Assembly: GCA_000175855.1 (NCBI GenBank)
Contig: ACYB01000016.1
Span: 51,532 to 83,531 of the forward strand
Direction: 5' to 3'
From: Raphidiopsis brookii D9
GTDB lineage: Bacteria > Cyanobacteriota > Cyanobacteriia > Cyanobacteriales > Nostocaceae
DNA length: 32,000 nt
The position numbers and the translations under genes were made by a program. Shown piece by piece: positions 13,807 to 24,600 of this stretch (position 1 is its first letter; each line of letters begins with the position of its first letter). The notes under the pieces are model-generated. The model was not told the DNA's origin. It worked only from the letters and a program-made list of their open reading frames with translations, and did no database searches.

Positions 13807-15237
13807 TTACTTCTTAGCTTCAGCAATAGGAACCCACTCAGTATGGAAAGTTCCTTCTATATCAACCCGTTTGTAAGTATGAGCGCCAAAATAATCCCGT
13901 TGAGCTTGGGTTAAATTTTGAGGTAATTTTTCCCGACGGTAGCTATCAAAATAATCCAGAGAAGCACTAAAAGCAGGAACAGGAATACCCGTCTTAGCAG
14001 CTGTGACAATAATTTCCCGCCATGCAGACTGTCTATCCAGAATTGTTTGCTTAAATTCAGGTGCTAACAACAAGTTAGGTAAAGCGGGATTTTCGTCAAA
14101 TGCTTTCTTAATCTTATTCAAGAAACCAGCACGAATAATACAACCACCTTTCCAAATTCGAGCCATTTCACCCAAATTCAGATCCCAATTATAGGTTTTA
14201 GAAGCACTGGAAATTAATGCCATACCCTGAGCATAAGAACAAATTTTAGAACAATAAAGTGCATCCTGCACCATGTTCACAAAGGTTCTCGTATCTTCAA
14301 ATTGAGTGGGAGCAGGACCTGTTAATTGTTTAGATGCGGCAATTCTCTCTTCCCTAATAGAGGAAATAATTCGAGAATTGACCGCAGCAGTAATTGTAGG
14401 AATAGCAACCCCTAATTCCAAAGCAGTTTGCACAGTCCAACGACCAGTACCTTTTTGCCCTGCAGCATCGACAATTAAATCTACCAAGGGTTGTTTAGTC
14501 CCAGGATCAATATAGGGGAAAATATTGGCTGTAATCTCAATCAAAAATGAGTTCAGCTCGTCTGTTTGATTCCACTCTGTAAATACCTCATGCAGTTGGG
14601 TAGCATCTAGTCCACCAACGTTCTTGAGTAAATCATAAGCCTCTGCAATTAATTGCATGTCGCCATACTCAATTCCATTATGAACCATTTTCACATAGTG
14701 ACCAGAACCACCGGGTCCAATATAAGTCACACAGGGACCATCATCAACTTGTGCAGCGATTCTGTTAAAAATTGGGGAGAGATACTCATAAGAACTTTTT
14801 GTACCACCTGGCATGAGGGAGGGACCATTCAGTGCTCCCTCCTCACCACCACTTACACCCATACCAATGTAGCGTAAACCGGTGGTTTCTAATTCCTGGG
14901 TGCGTCTTTCCGTATCTTCAAACCAAGAGTTACCACCATCAATAATGATGTCTCCTTCTTCAAGTAATGGTTTGAGCTGTTGAATAACTGCATCAACAGG
15001 TTTGCCAGCTTGTACCATTACTAAGATTTTACGAGGACGTTCCAGTGAAGCAACAAATTCTTCTAGGGTAAAGGCTGCCTTAACGTTTCTGCCACCAGCT
15101 CGGTTTGACATAAACGCATCTGTTTTTTCACGAGATCTGTTGTAAACTGCAATTGGAAAACCATTACGCTCAACATTGAGGGCAATATTTTCGCCCATAA
15201 CGGCTAGTCCAATTATGCCAAAGCTTTGTAGTGTCAT
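13807..15237 (-). CDS. gnd: 6-phosphogluconate dehydrogenase, decarboxylating
   Basis: 476 aa. GIIGLAVMGENIALN is the NADP-binding fold, and GGSGHYVKMVHNGIEYGDMQLIAEAY is present. The whole length has a Gnd-like pattern. Confidence 0.95.
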   Translation of the reverse strand: MTLQSFGIIGLAVMGENIALNVERNGFPIAVYNRSREKTDAFMSNRAGGRNVKAAFTLEEFVASLERPRKILVMVQAGKPVDAVIQQLKPLLEEGDIIIDGGNSWFEDTERRTQELETTGLRYIGMGVSGGEEGALNGPSLMPGGTKSSYEYLSPIFNRIAAQVDDGPCVTYIGPGGSGHYVKMVHNGIEYGDMQLIAEAYDLLKNVGGLDATQLHEVFTEWNQTDELNSFLIEITANIFPYIDPGTKQPLVDLIVDAAGQKGTGRWTVQTALELGVAIPTITAAVNSRIISSIREERIAASKQLTGPAPTQFEDTRTFVNMVQDALYCSKICSYAQGMALISSASKTYNWDLNLGEMARIWKGGCIIRAGFLNKIKKAFDENPALPNLLLAPEFKQTILDRQSAWREIIVTAAKTGIPVPAFSASLDYFDSYRREKLPQNLTQAQRDYFGAHTYKRVDIEGTFHTEWVPIAEAKK

Positions 15238-15432
15238 AGTTGTTTTTGGGTTTGGCTAACTCTTGCAGATGCTTTCATCTTTAAGGGTAATCCGAGATTT
15301 TCGGTTCACTTCTAAAGAAGATATTAAGAGTTGATGTGTAAGACAATAAACCATAACTACTAAACTCTAGAATCTGATTTTGATTTGTATTTTCCCGAAC
15401 AGATAAAACTTATAAAACAGGAGTTGCAAAAT

Positions 15433-16032
15433 ATGCTTGTTTATATTCTATCCTTGGTAGTGGCAATTGCCAGTTTAACTATTTACGCCAGTGCTTTCTT
15501 TTTCCCGGAAGTTCACCGCAAAGACGATTTTATTTGGAGCGGGGTTGGTTTGTTTTATGCTTTGGCATTATGGGTTTTTGCATCCCGCATTACCGGGGGT
15601 CTATTACTGGGTCATGTAGCTAGTGTGTCACTTTTGTTATGGTTTGGTGGGCAAACTCTCTCTTTGCGTGGTCAACTTGTCCCTAAGGGAAAACCAATCT
15701 CAGTCTCCACTGCACAACCGGAGATTAAGGAGATTCAGCAACCAGTATCTAAGATATCTTTACCGGAAAAGCTGCAACAGTTACTATCATTAATTATTAG
15801 GCCGTTTAATGATCTTATAGTCAAAGTTCAGCAAGTGGTTTTTAAAAACCCCTCTGTAAATACTCAAATATCTCCGTCACCAGCTCCAGAACCATCTACC
15901 CCAGAACCATCTACCCCAGAACCATCTACCCCGGAACCATCTACTCCAGAACCATCTACCCCGGAACCATCTACTCCAGAACCATCTACCCCGGAACCAT
16001 CTACTCCGGAACCATCTACTCCCGAATCCTAA
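15433..16032 (+). CDS. ycf66: Ycf66-like membrane protein with C-terminal (PEPST)9 repeat
   Basis: The ATG at 15433 follows an AGGAG. The track start at 15385 is a TTG. The N-terminal two-TM region (IYASAFFFPEVHRKDDFIWSGVGLFYALALWVF...LSLRG) resembles my recollection of the Ycf66 N-terminal domain. Confidence 0.6.
   Translation: MLVYILSLVVAIASLTIYASAFFFPEVHRKDDFIWSGVGLFYALALWVFASRITGGLLLGHVASVSLLLWFGGQTLSLRGQLVPKGKPISVSTAQPEIKEIQQPVSKISLPEKLQQLLSLIIRPFNDLIVKVQQVVFKNPSVNTQISPSPAPEPSTPEPSTPEPSTPEPSTPEPSTPEPSTPEPSTPEPSTPEPSTPES
15886..16020 (+). repeat. 15-nt tandem repeat x9 encoding PEPST, with synonymous variation between units
   Basis: Read directly: CCAGAACCATCTACC and variants using CCG and ACT. 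Confidence 0.95.
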
Positions 16033-16183
16033 GTGATTGGAAGCATAAGTTTAGCCAGAACGCCTATCCAGACAGCTGAACCCTGTCTATGTCTATAGCG
16101 TTCTGTTCCACTAAGTCGGGTTGCTGTACAACTTTAAGTTAGGTGCCAAAGTACCGTTTCTAGTATCAGCGAGTACTTGAACT

Positions 16184-16483
16184 CTAATCTATTCTTTGAT
16201 ATTCTTCTTGGGGTTTGATGTTTTCTGGATCACCCCAATCATTTGTGGTTGGACTTGGAAACTCATAGTCCCTATAGTCGCTGGGATAGTCCTTTAATTG
16301 TGTCAGATATTCTTGCGGGTCGTCCAGTTCTAAATCCTTATACCAGAATTCGCTTAAACTAGTTTTTACAAACTGATCTTCTCCCAATAGGTTCCAAATC
16401 TCCTCTTTTAGGTCAACTGGCATAGTTGTTACCCCCTTATTAATGTCAAATGTTACTTTTTGATTTGAGCTGGTGAACAACAT
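16184..16483 (-). CDS. Hypothetical small acidic protein
   Basis: A 99-aa ORF with no recognisable motif. An internal Met (MPVDLKEEIW) is an alternative start. Confidence 0.35.
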   Translation of the reverse strand: MLFTSSNQKVTFDINKGVTTMPVDLKEEIWNLLGEDQFVKTSLSEFWYKDLELDDPQEYLTQLKDYPSDYRDYEFPSPTTNDWGDPENIKPQEEYQRID

Positions 16484-16720
16484 ACTATGAAGTTATAAGG
16501 AAATTATAAGGAAAAATAGGTAGCACAGTTAAGAAATATTGCTAAAGTGAGCCCCAATATTGTTTCACTGCTATATAAAACCTAGACAAAACTAGACTTT
16601 ACTTTCTACTTCAACGGGAGCGAGCGGTTATCCCTCAGTAGACTTGCACGCTTTAGCCAGACGCGATAACATGATTGCTGCATTACTTATCCTTAGCACT
16701 GTATTTCTTTGTTTTCTGAG

Positions 16721-17287
16721 TCACCAACTAGCTCTTTGGCGAATTGCCAGAAGGTTAGATCGTAGATCATTAGCGAGGCGATCTTCAACTATCCCTATTG
16801 GCATAGTTAGCTTTGGCCAAACTCGAATTGTATAGCACAAATCAGTTCCCTCTCCGGTTTCCAATTTATAAGGTTCTAAGCGCCAAAAACCAGAAAAACC
16901 CTTGAAATCACCCTCTACCATTGCAAATTTGATTAATTTAGGAAAAACCTCTTCCAAGTCTAGCACCACACGGGCACAAAACTTAAAGTTCAGCAAACAC
17001 TGAGACCCTATCTGTTCTAAACGTATACCACCTTCGGGGTGTTCTATCAAAGAACTTTTGGTCAAGTTAGGTATAAACTCCACCAAGGACTCATAATCAG
17101 TGAGAATTTTCCATACCTTTTGTACTGGTTGGTGGATTTGCACCTGAGCGGTAATTTGTCTTTGTCTGTCGGATAGTTTTTCTACCTGGATGCTAACCCC
17201 ATCTGAATTTTGCTCCAGAGCATTCTTATCCTTTGACCGGATGATATTTGGGGAATCAAGTCCCGGATTGTGGTTTTGTATGGTCAC
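16721..17287 (-). CDS. SRPBCC-superfamily protein (cyclase/dehydrase, START-like)
   Basis: The pattern VQKVWKILTDYESLVEFIPNL...FKGFSGFWRLEP is typical of polyketide_cyc2/SRPBCC proteins. Confidence 0.65.
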   Translation of the reverse strand: MTIQNHNPGLDSPNIIRSKDKNALEQNSDGVSIQVEKLSDRQRQITAQVQIHQPVQKVWKILTDYESLVEFIPNLTKSSLIEHPEGGIRLEQIGSQCLLNFKFCARVVLDLEEVFPKLIKFAMVEGDFKGFSGFWRLEPYKLETGEGTDLCYTIRVWPKLTMPIGIVEDRLANDLRSNLLAIRQRASW

Positions 17288-17454
17288 TTTTGAGAAGTAA
17301 AACTAAGATAGGCAATCTCAAGACTTTTCAAAATAGCAGTGGAAAGTTCATCCACTATTCTTTCCTAATACTAACAGCATCAGGTATAATTTCCGTTCTT
17401 CCAAAGCCTAGTTGGTTATTTTTTTGTTCAAAGTGCTTTACATTTCGTTTTACT

Positions 17455-17485
17455 CCAAAAGCCTACACTGTAAACAGTGTAGGCT
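17455..17485 (-). terminator. Intrinsic terminator of rplL: AGCCTACACTG-TTTA-CAGTGTAGGCT followed by TTTGG on the minus strand
   Basis: A perfect 11-bp stem (17460-17470 and 17475-17485) lies just downstream of the rplL stop, with a T-rich tail. Confidence 0.65.
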
Positions 17486-17492
17486 CAAGATA

Positions 17493-17882
17493 CTACTTAA
17501 TAACTACCTTACCACCAGCTTCAGCAATCTTCTTACTAATTTCTTCAGCAGATTCTTTGTTTACACCCTCTTTAACCGCTTTAGGAGTAGACTCTACTAA
17601 CTCCTTAGCTTCTTTCAAGCCTAAACCAGTGATTTCACGCACAATCTTCAGAACCGCGATTTTCTTGTCCGCAGGTACTTCTTCCAGAACTACATTGAAT
17701 TCGGTCTGCTCTTCAACTGGTTCTGCTGCTGCTGCTCCGGGTGCGGCCATGACCATCATCCCACCAGCGGGTGCTGCAGCACTTACACCAAAAGCTTCCT
17801 CAATCTGCTTAACTAATTCCGCAGCTTCCAACAGGGTCAAGACTTTTAACTGTTCTAAAATTTGATCGGTTGCAGTAGACAT
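17493..17882 (-). CDS. rplL: 50S ribosomal protein L7/L12
   Basis: [26 protein letters not shown], an Ala-rich hinge, and [24 protein letters not shown]. Confidence 0.95.
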   Translation of the reverse strand: MSTATDQILEQLKVLTLLEAAELVKQIEEAFGVSAAAPAGGMMVMAAPGAAAAEPVEEQTEFNVVLEEVPADKKIAVLKIVREITGLGLKEAKELVESTPKAVKEGVNKESAEEISKKIAEAGGKVVIK

Positions 17883-17951
17883 TGATATAACTCCTAAGAA
17901 ATTGTCGTTTTTGTTGATTAGTGGAAATACGAAAAGTAAAGCTAAACGCTC

Positions 17952-18497
17952 CTATTCAGGTGTAGTTGCGCCTTCCTTATCCTTGTCAGCAATAGCTTGA
18001 ATACCACGAGCCAAAGAACTGGGAACCTCCTTGATACCCACAGCAACTTTTGTGGCCAATGCGTTGATAGCTCCCGCAATTTGCGCCATCAGCTGTTCCT
18101 TGGATGGCAAATCTCCCAAGGCTTTGACATCCTCATCCTTGAGCAAGCGCCCTTCCATCACTCCGCCACGCAGTTCGGTCTTCTTAGTGGCTTTTTGAAA
18201 TTCTTGGTAGGCTTTAATTGCTGAAGAGAAATCTTCCTTAACTAGCAAAAAAGCAGAAGAGCCCTTAAGCAACTCTGACATCGGTTGCCATTTTTTGTCC
18301 TCCTGAATGGCTAGTCCCATAAAGGTGTTTTTAGTCACCTTACAGATCGTACCACTAGGACGTAAACGCCTTCTCAAGTCGGTGATTTCAGCAACGGTTA
18401 GACCTTGATAATCAATTACCAGTGCCAAAGTTGACTGACTTAGAGTCCCCTTTAAGTCCGCTACTATCTCTTTTTTGTTTTCTAACGTTCTACCCAT
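17952..18497 (-). CDS. rplJ: 50S ribosomal protein L10
   Basis: KKEIVADLKGTLSQSTLALVIDYQGLTVAEITDLRRRLR, located upstream of rplL. Confidence 0.95.
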   Translation of the reverse strand: MGRTLENKKEIVADLKGTLSQSTLALVIDYQGLTVAEITDLRRRLRPSGTICKVTKNTFMGLAIQEDKKWQPMSELLKGSSAFLLVKEDFSSAIKAYQEFQKATKKTELRGGVMEGRLLKDEDVKALGDLPSKEQLMAQIAGAINALATKVAVGIKEVPSSLARGIQAIADKDKEGATTPE

Positions 18498-18733
18498 ACT
18501 TGTGTCACCTCCTAGGGTAAATGCTCAGTCGTGAGTAATTTAGTTATGGCCATGTTGACTTACCGAAAACAACAAACCCCAGCGATCTTGGCCGGGGTTT
18601 CATAGTAGTATTTTTAATGCTGTAGTTCCCACGTCTGGTTAACGGATGTGGAATTACTTCAGTCAGTTAAAATTACAACCTCGGCAGGATATTAAGCTAT
18701 ACGCACCTGCTATCTCCGGCTTAATTATGCAAA
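18498..18733 (-). promoter_or_regulatory. rplJ leader region with attenuator-like hairpin
   Basis: The rplA-rplJ spacer is 236 nt. On the minus strand, AAACCCC-N13-GGGGTTT (18600-18574) is followed by GTTGTTTTCGG. Confidence 0.35.
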
Positions 18734-19450
18734 TTATGCAGCGTCAGTTGTTTTTAAATCTCTCAGGGCGTTAATATCAACTTTAATTGATGGACCCATG
18801 GTAGAAGAGATGTAGAATGTTCGCCAATACCGACCTTTGGCTCCTGAAGGACGATTACGGTCAATCGTCTCTTGCAATGCTTTGAGGTTGACCAGCAGAT
18901 CTTCCGAAGAAAAGGAAGCCTTACCAAACATAACATGAACAATGCCAGTTCGGTCAGCACGAAATTCTAGTTTACCAGCTTTAAATTCACTAATCGCACT
19001 CGCTATGTCAAATGTTACTGTACCACCTTTAGGAGATGGCATCAATCCACGAGGACCTAATAATTTCCCTAGCTTTGCTACCTGTGGCATCACATCAGGA
19101 GTAGCAATTAGCTTGTCAAAGTCCATCATGCCCCTCTGAATTTCATCAATTAGCTCTTCAGAACCAGCTATGTCCGCACCTGCATTGGTGGCTTCTGTGA
19201 CTTTCTCCCCTCTAGCAATAACTGCTACTCGCACTATCTGACCCGTACCCTTGGGTAACACCACAGTGGTTCGCAGTTGTTGATCCGTGTACTTAGGGTC
19301 AATTCCCAGGCGAATATGTGCTTCAGCAGCTTCGGGAAATTTTGCTGTAGCGGTCTCTTTCAATAGGGATAACGCTTCTAAGGGAGCGTAATCCCGTTCT
19401 TCTACTTTTGCTTGCAACGCCTGTAATCGGCGTGATACTTTCTTTACCAT
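18734..19450 (-). CDS. rplA: 50S ribosomal protein L1
   Basis: [34 protein letters not shown] and [20 protein letters not shown]. Confidence 0.95.
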   Translation of the reverse strand: MVKKVSRRLQALQAKVEERDYAPLEALSLLKETATAKFPEAAEAHIRLGIDPKYTDQQLRTTVVLPKGTGQIVRVAVIARGEKVTEATNAGADIAGSEELIDEIQRGMMDFDKLIATPDVMPQVAKLGKLLGPRGLMPSPKGGTVTFDIASAISEFKAGKLEFRADRTGIVHVMFGKASFSSEDLLVNLKALQETIDRNRPSGAKGRYWRTFYISSTMGPSIKVDINALRDLKTTDAA

Positions 19451-19516
19451 GTTTTCCTCCTGGGGTTGTTTCGAAGTTCCTCACCTCTCCCCCAATATGA
19501 TTTGAGATTGGGAATT

Positions 19517-19942
19517 TTAATCCTTAACGGTCACACCCATATTTTTGGCTGTTCCCTCCACAATGTTCATCGCTGCTTCGATGTCGTTGGCATTGAGGTC
19601 AGGAAGTTTGGTTTGGGCAATTTCTTTTAACTGGGTTCTAGTAATGCTACCAACCTTTTTCTTGTTTGGTTGATCCGAACCTCTCTCAATTTTTGCCGCC
19701 TTACGAATTAAAACCGATGCTGGGGGTGTTTTGAGTACAAAGGTAAAACTCCGATCCTCAAATACGGAAATTTCTACCGGAATTACCATACCAGCTTGGT
19801 CAGCTGTTTTGGCATTGTACTCCTTACAAAACATCATGATATTAACACCATGTTGACCAAGTGCAGGACCAACCGGTGGTGCTGGGTTGGCTTTCCCAGC
19901 ATTTAAGGCCAATTTAATGACCGCCACTACTTTCTTCGCCAT
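19517..19942 (-). CDS. rplK: 50S ribosomal protein L11
   Basis: [35 protein letters not shown]. Confidence 0.95.
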   Translation of the reverse strand: MAKKVVAVIKLALNAGKANPAPPVGPALGQHGVNIMMFCKEYNAKTADQAGMVIPVEISVFEDRSFTFVLKTPPASVLIRKAAKIERGSDQPNKKKVGSITRTQLKEIAQTKLPDLNANDIEAAMNIVEGTAKNMGVTVKD

Positions 19943-19948
19943 TTGGAT

Positions 19949-20578
19949 TTAGCTCTGTTTTTGTACCTGATTAAATTCCAGTTCTACTGGTGTATCTCGT
20001 CCGAAAATCGAGAGTAGAGCTTTTAGTTTACTCCTTTCTGGCGATACTTCAATCACCTCACCCTCAAAATCCTTGAACGGACCAGAAAGTACCATGATCT
20101 TATCACCCGTAGCCATGTCAATTTTAACTACTGGCTCCTGTTCTGTAGTTTGCTTGAATATACGCTCTACTTCTGAGTTGCTTAGAGGAACCGGTTTGAC
20201 GTGACCGCGACTTCTACTGCTACCATGCTTCTGCTCTGCTCCTACAAAATTAATCACATGGCTAGTATTCTTTACTATCTGCCAAGTGTCATCACTCATC
20301 ATCATACGCACTAAAACGTATCCGGGAAAAACTTTCTCTTCTGTTTGTTGACGAGTACCATCTTTACGGATTTTGACTGCTGGAGTGTGAGGTATCTCTA
20401 CCTGAATAATTTTGTCAGCAACATCAAAAGTTTGAATACGCTGTTCTAAAGTCGTTTTTACACGTTTTTCGCAACCAGAGGCTACTTGTACCGCATACCA
20501 ACGTGCTTCATTTACTGTTGTTTCCAGGGTATCTTCTGACTGGAAAGCATCCCTTGGTTCATCTGTTGCATAACTCAT
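19949..20578 (-). CDS. nusG: Transcription termination/antitermination factor NusG
   Basis: WYAVQVASGCEKRVK marks the NGN domain and a KOW region (GDKIMVLSGPFKDFEGEVIEV) follows. I prefer the ATG at 20578, which overlaps the secE stop as TGATG. The track start at 20602 would add 8 aa inside secE. Confidence 0.9.
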   Translation of the reverse strand: MSYATDEPRDAFQSEDTLETTVNEARWYAVQVASGCEKRVKTTLEQRIQTFDVADKIIQVEIPHTPAVKIRKDGTRQQTEEKVFPGYVLVRMMMSDDTWQIVKNTSHVINFVGAEQKHGSSRSRGHVKPVPLSNSEVERIFKQTTEQEPVVKIDMATGDKIMVLSGPFKDFEGEVIEVSPERSKLKALLSIFGRDTPVELEFNQVQKQS

Positions 20579-20799
20579 CAGAACACCTGTTTTGCTGCCC
20601 AAGAAAAGAGTCCATCAACTAGATATATTAAAGATGCGGATAGAGTTACCATTAATAAAACGGCTGCTGACTCACTCACCAGCTGTTTACGACTGGGCCA
20701 AACTACTTTATCAAGTTCTTCTTTTGTTCCCTGGAAAAAGTTGTTGAAGCTAAACCCACCACCACTTTCTGGCATTTCTGCCTCGTTTTTTTTAGTCAC
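20578..20799 (-). CDS. secE: Preprotein translocase subunit SecE
   Basis: KEELDKVVWPSRKQL plus a single C-terminal TM segment. It occupies the classic position upstream of nusG. Confidence 0.85.
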   Translation of the reverse strand: MTKKNEAEMPESGGGFSFNNFFQGTKEELDKVVWPSRKQLVSESAAVLLMVTLSASLIYLVDGLFSWAAKQVF

Positions 20800-21062
20800 G
20801 GTCTTTATACCCCCGTTTCTTAGGTTGCTCTATGGAACTTACATCCTAGTTTAGCACACTAGTCCCAAATTTAGGGGTTAACCCGGTGCGGTTGGCGACA
20901 CTGCGTCACCGAGGATTTTCACACCCTAGCCGCCCTCTGGTAATTTACACTTATGCCATAGAGATAACAACAAATATTATCCTAAGTCTTGCTAAAAAGT
21001 CAAGTCCCCAAAAATGTAAAACCCAAGCTGGTCCATGTTGACCTATTTATTATGACTTTCAG

Positions 21063-21135
21063 CGCGCCCTGGAGGACTTGAACCCCCGACATTAGGTTTT
21101 GGAGACCTACGTTCTACCAACTGAACTAAGAGCGC
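21063..21135 (-). tRNA. trnW: tRNA-Trp (anticodon CCA)
   Basis: The reverse complement is GCGCTCTTAGTTCAGTTGGTAGAACGTAGGTCTCCAAAACCTAATGTCGGGGGTTCAAGTCCTCCAGGGCGCG. It folds as a cloverleaf with anticodon loop CTCCAAA and a GTTCAAGTC T-loop. The 3' CCA is not encoded. Confidence 0.9.
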
Positions 21136-21237
21136 ACAACTTTCAAGTTGTATTATACTAATCTAATTTTTTTCTTCCAGTCAAGGGGTAAGCTAAATTT
21201 GATAAATTTAGCTCTTTATTCCCATCTTATCACTCTA

Positions 21238-21600
21238 TCACAAAGCACGGTCAAAGCGCTGTTTAATTCTGGTAGCTTTACCAGATAGTTGACGGAGATA
21301 ATACAATTTAGCCCGTCTCACTTTACCACGACGCATAATTTTAATATTGTCAATCCGTGGTGAGTGCAGTAAAAATACCCGCTCCACCCCTACGCCCTGA
21401 AATACCCGACGTACGGTAATAGTCTCATTAATCCCCCCATTCCGTTTGCCAATGACTACCCCTTCATAGGGTTGCACACGATATTTATCGCCTTCTTTGA
21501 TTTTTACTCCCACCCGCACCGTGTCACCTACATAGATTTGAGGTAGGTCAGACTTTAACTGTTCCGCTTCAATGGAGCGGATAATTTCTTGAGCGTTCAT
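21238..21600 (-). CDS. rplS: 50S ribosomal protein L19
   Basis: [58 protein letters not shown]. Confidence 0.95.
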   Translation of the reverse strand: MNAQEIIRSIEAEQLKSDLPQIYVGDTVRVGVKIKEGDKYRVQPYEGVVIGKRNGGINETITVRRVFQGVGVERVFLLHSPRIDNIKIMRRGKVRRAKLYYLRQLSGKATRIKQRFDRAL

Positions 21601-21685
21601 AGTTCAGTTGTTTTATAGAAAAAACCACAATTAACAATAATAAACCTATAGGTGTCCCACAGTCTAGATCTTTGAGCTAATTTGT

Positions 21686-24600
21686 TCAGCCATTTCTTTT
21701 ATTTCTGCTCACAGATGATTTTATCCACCTGTGTTTTTTCCAACCACCTCCTATCAAATCATGTAGGAGGGTGTAGAAACATGGGATAATAAATAGAGTC
21801 AATAGGGTGGCCACAGACAAACCAGAAAACACCACCACCCCCAGGGGTTGGAGAAATTCGGATCCTTCACCAATGCCTAATGCTAGGGGGAACATGCCCA
21901 AAACCGTGGTAATTGTTGTCATTAGGATTGGGCGCAGACGCTGAGGTGCTGCTTTTAAAATGGCGGCGCGACGGTCTATTCTTTCCCTTTCCCTGATTTG
22001 ATTAGCCAATTCCACCATAATAATGGCATTATTTACCACAATTCCTACCAATAGAACCGCACCCACAATTACGGTTGCACCAACAGCAGTTTCAGTAATA
22101 TAAAGACCAAAAATACCTCCAGCTAGGGCTAGAGGAATGGTAAACAAAATGACTAATGGATCCACAAGGGAATTATATTGTACAGCCATGACAACAAATA
22201 CTAAGAATATGGCCAGACCACCTAAAACTTGTAGTGATTGTTGAATTTGGCGATTAGACTCTGCTGTTGCACTGGGTAATACACTTACATTTGGGGGGAA
22301 CTCCACAGTATTTAAAACTTGATCAACCTGTTCTAAGGCTTGATTTAAACTAGCGCCTTCGGTTAGATTACCTGCAATTACAAATACTTGACGTTGGTTA
22401 ATCCGTTGTATTTCTCCTGGTGCTTTACTAGTAATAATCGTTGCCACATCACTTAGTCTAACTTGTTGATTACCTTGTGTGAATAAAGGCAATCTTGCCA
22501 ACTGGGAAGTGGTTTTTAGCGCATTCTCATTTAATTCCACTCGCACATCCACTAATCGATTATCTCGTTGTATTTGGGTGGGGACACTACCTGTAATAGC
22601 TGTTTGAATTGTTTCCCCAATTTCCTTAGTATTTAACCCCACATTTGTCACTCGCTCCCAGTTGGGTAGAATTTGGATTTCTGGTTGTTTAGCATCTCCA
22701 TCAGGACGAAATCTCAGGGCGGTCACTTTTTCTTCTAGGATTGCTAATAACTGACGACCTTTTTTTTCTAGGATATCCCCATCAGTTCCTTGGAGAATAA
22801 TATCCACATCCGCACCACGAGCGGGTGAGTTACTAAGCAATAAACCCCGTACTTGTCCTCGGGTTAAACGCAGTCGAATATCAACCAAGTTTAGTTCGGT
22901 AAATTTTTTGCTAACCCGCTCAATATAGCTTTCTATGTCTGAACCTGGTTTTAGGGTAATTGTACTGGAACTACGTAGGGGATTGGCCGTGCTATTACTA
23001 CCAAAGAGAAATCCACCAACCGTGGAAAACACATATTTAGTTTCTGGTTGTTTACCGAGGATTTCATCAACCAACCCCATGACTTTTTGATTGGTTTTGA
23101 GGGGAGTACCGGGGGGAAATTGGGCAAACAAGTTGACCTGTCCGGTATTAATTTGGGGGAGAATTTCTTGTTTTAGCTGGGGTGCTATCCAATAGCTACC
23201 ACCACCTAGGAAGAGAGTGGCCATAATAATTGTTAATAAGCGCCAACGTAAAATTCCAGTTAAGAATTTGCCGTATAATCTAGTAGCACCTGCGAATCGT
23301 TGATTAAACTGTTGAAATAACCAAAAATTGGTTAGGGAAATAGGAACTGGCCAACCTAATAATCGAGATGTTAACATAGGGACAACAGTAACAGCTATTA
23401 AAATGGAAGCTGCTACAGCAAAGCTAATGGTGAGAATTAGTTCGTTAAATATTAAGGAAATAAAACCACCAATTAACAAAAATGGTAAGACTGCTACCAG
23501 GTTGGTACTTGTGGAAGCTACCAATGCTGATTCCACTTCTCGACTGCTAAGTTCAGCTTGTTCAATAATTGTGTTTTCTGATAAGTTGCTTAGGTAATTT
23601 TGTCTTTTATTGTGAGTAATACCTGTGGTAATATTTTCTAACATAACAATAGAATTATCCACCACAATTCCCACTCCTAATGCTAAACCACCCAAGCTAA
23701 AAATATTTAGTGATAAACCAAATAACCCCATAAAAATAATGGCTGCTAGTGTAGCTAGGGGAATGGAAATGACAATTATCAAGGTTTGTCGTAAAGACCC
23801 AAGAAATAAAAGAACGGCAAAACCGGCTAATCCCGCACCTATTAAACCAGAGGTGGTAACATTAGCTAGGGAGTTTCTGATAAATATTGATTCATCTAAG
23901 GTAGGTGTTAATGTTGATTCTTCAGGTATTTTACCAGCTTGTTTGAGTTGGGTTATTTTCTCTTTAATTCCATCAACAACATTCACAGTATTAGCATCGG
24001 GTTGTTTTTGAATACTAACTTTTACCGCTTCTTCACCATTGAGCAAAACATAAACTCTCTGTTTTGCCGCACCATCAGTCACCTGGGCAAAATCTCTCAG
24101 GTAAACCCGATTTTTACTGGAGGAATTAGGCGGGGATACTTCTAAGGAAAGATCATTAATCTCCTGGGCATTTTTAAATCTCCCCACCGTGCGAGTTAAG
24201 GGTTCGGAATTACTTCCTAAAATTCTCCCCCCAGAAATATCTTGATTGCGATTTCTGAGTTCGTTTAATACATCTGTTAAACCTACTCCTAGGGCTTGTA
24301 AACGATCTAAATCAATATTCACCCTCACCTCTTCTTCCACTCCCCCAGATACGTCCACCACTGCGACTCCTGGTACTAAACCCAATTCACGCCCTAATTC
24401 TTCTTCGGCAAAAACTCGTAAATCTACTCCTTTAAGGGTGGGTGAGGTAAGAGCAAATTCATATATGGGTAGTTGGGAAGGGTCAAATTTAAATAACCGG
24501 GGTTCTTCTATGGTCTCTGGTAATCTATTTCTGGTGCGGTTAAACGTTGCTGTAGCATCATTGAGAGCTTGATCAATATTTCCTCCCGGTTGAAAATATA

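Noticed and set aside
14003-14877. Three plus-strand ORFs antisense to gnd.
   Set aside because: They are shadow ORFs. The minus-strand product is a full-length 6-phosphogluconate dehydrogenase.
15838-15851. GGTTTTTAAAAACC recurs here inside the Ycf66-like CDS as well as at 5068-5081.
   Set aside because: Two occurrences of an AT-rich 14-mer in AT-rich DNA, one of them within coding sequence, do not establish a repeat family.
16644-16835. 63-aa plus-strand ORF, Arg-rich.
   Set aside because: It overlaps the 3' end of the SRPBCC gene on the opposite strand and begins with a TTG. Its basic, low-complexity sequence suggests it is spurious.
17248-17865. 205-aa plus-strand ORF, together with the nested ORF at 17412-17600.
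   Set aside because: It lies antisense to rplL and its terminator. The Ser/Ala/Thr-rich low-complexity translation is typical of a shadow ORF opposite a highly expressed gene.
20579-20602. Longer nusG start at 20602 (MGSKTGVL...).
   Set aside because: It would overlap secE by 25 nt. The ATG at 20578 forms a TGATG stop-start junction with secE, typical of coupled genes, and yields a NusG-like N-terminus (MSYATDEPR...). The longer form cannot be excluded without homologue comparison.
20880-20945. Locally GC-rich patch (GGGGTTAACCCGGTGCGGTTGGCGACACTGCGTCACCGAGG...) between trnW and secE that might be a structured RNA.
   Set aside because: I could find only short stems (CGGTG/CACCG) and no convincing fold or known motif. 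It may simply be the secE leader or promoter region.
23328-24572. Four plus-strand ORFs (23328, 23625, 23939, 24246) inside the RND transporter gene.
   Set aside because: They are antisense shadow ORFs within a 1070-aa gene with an unmistakable AcrB-like product. None has a recognisable motif.
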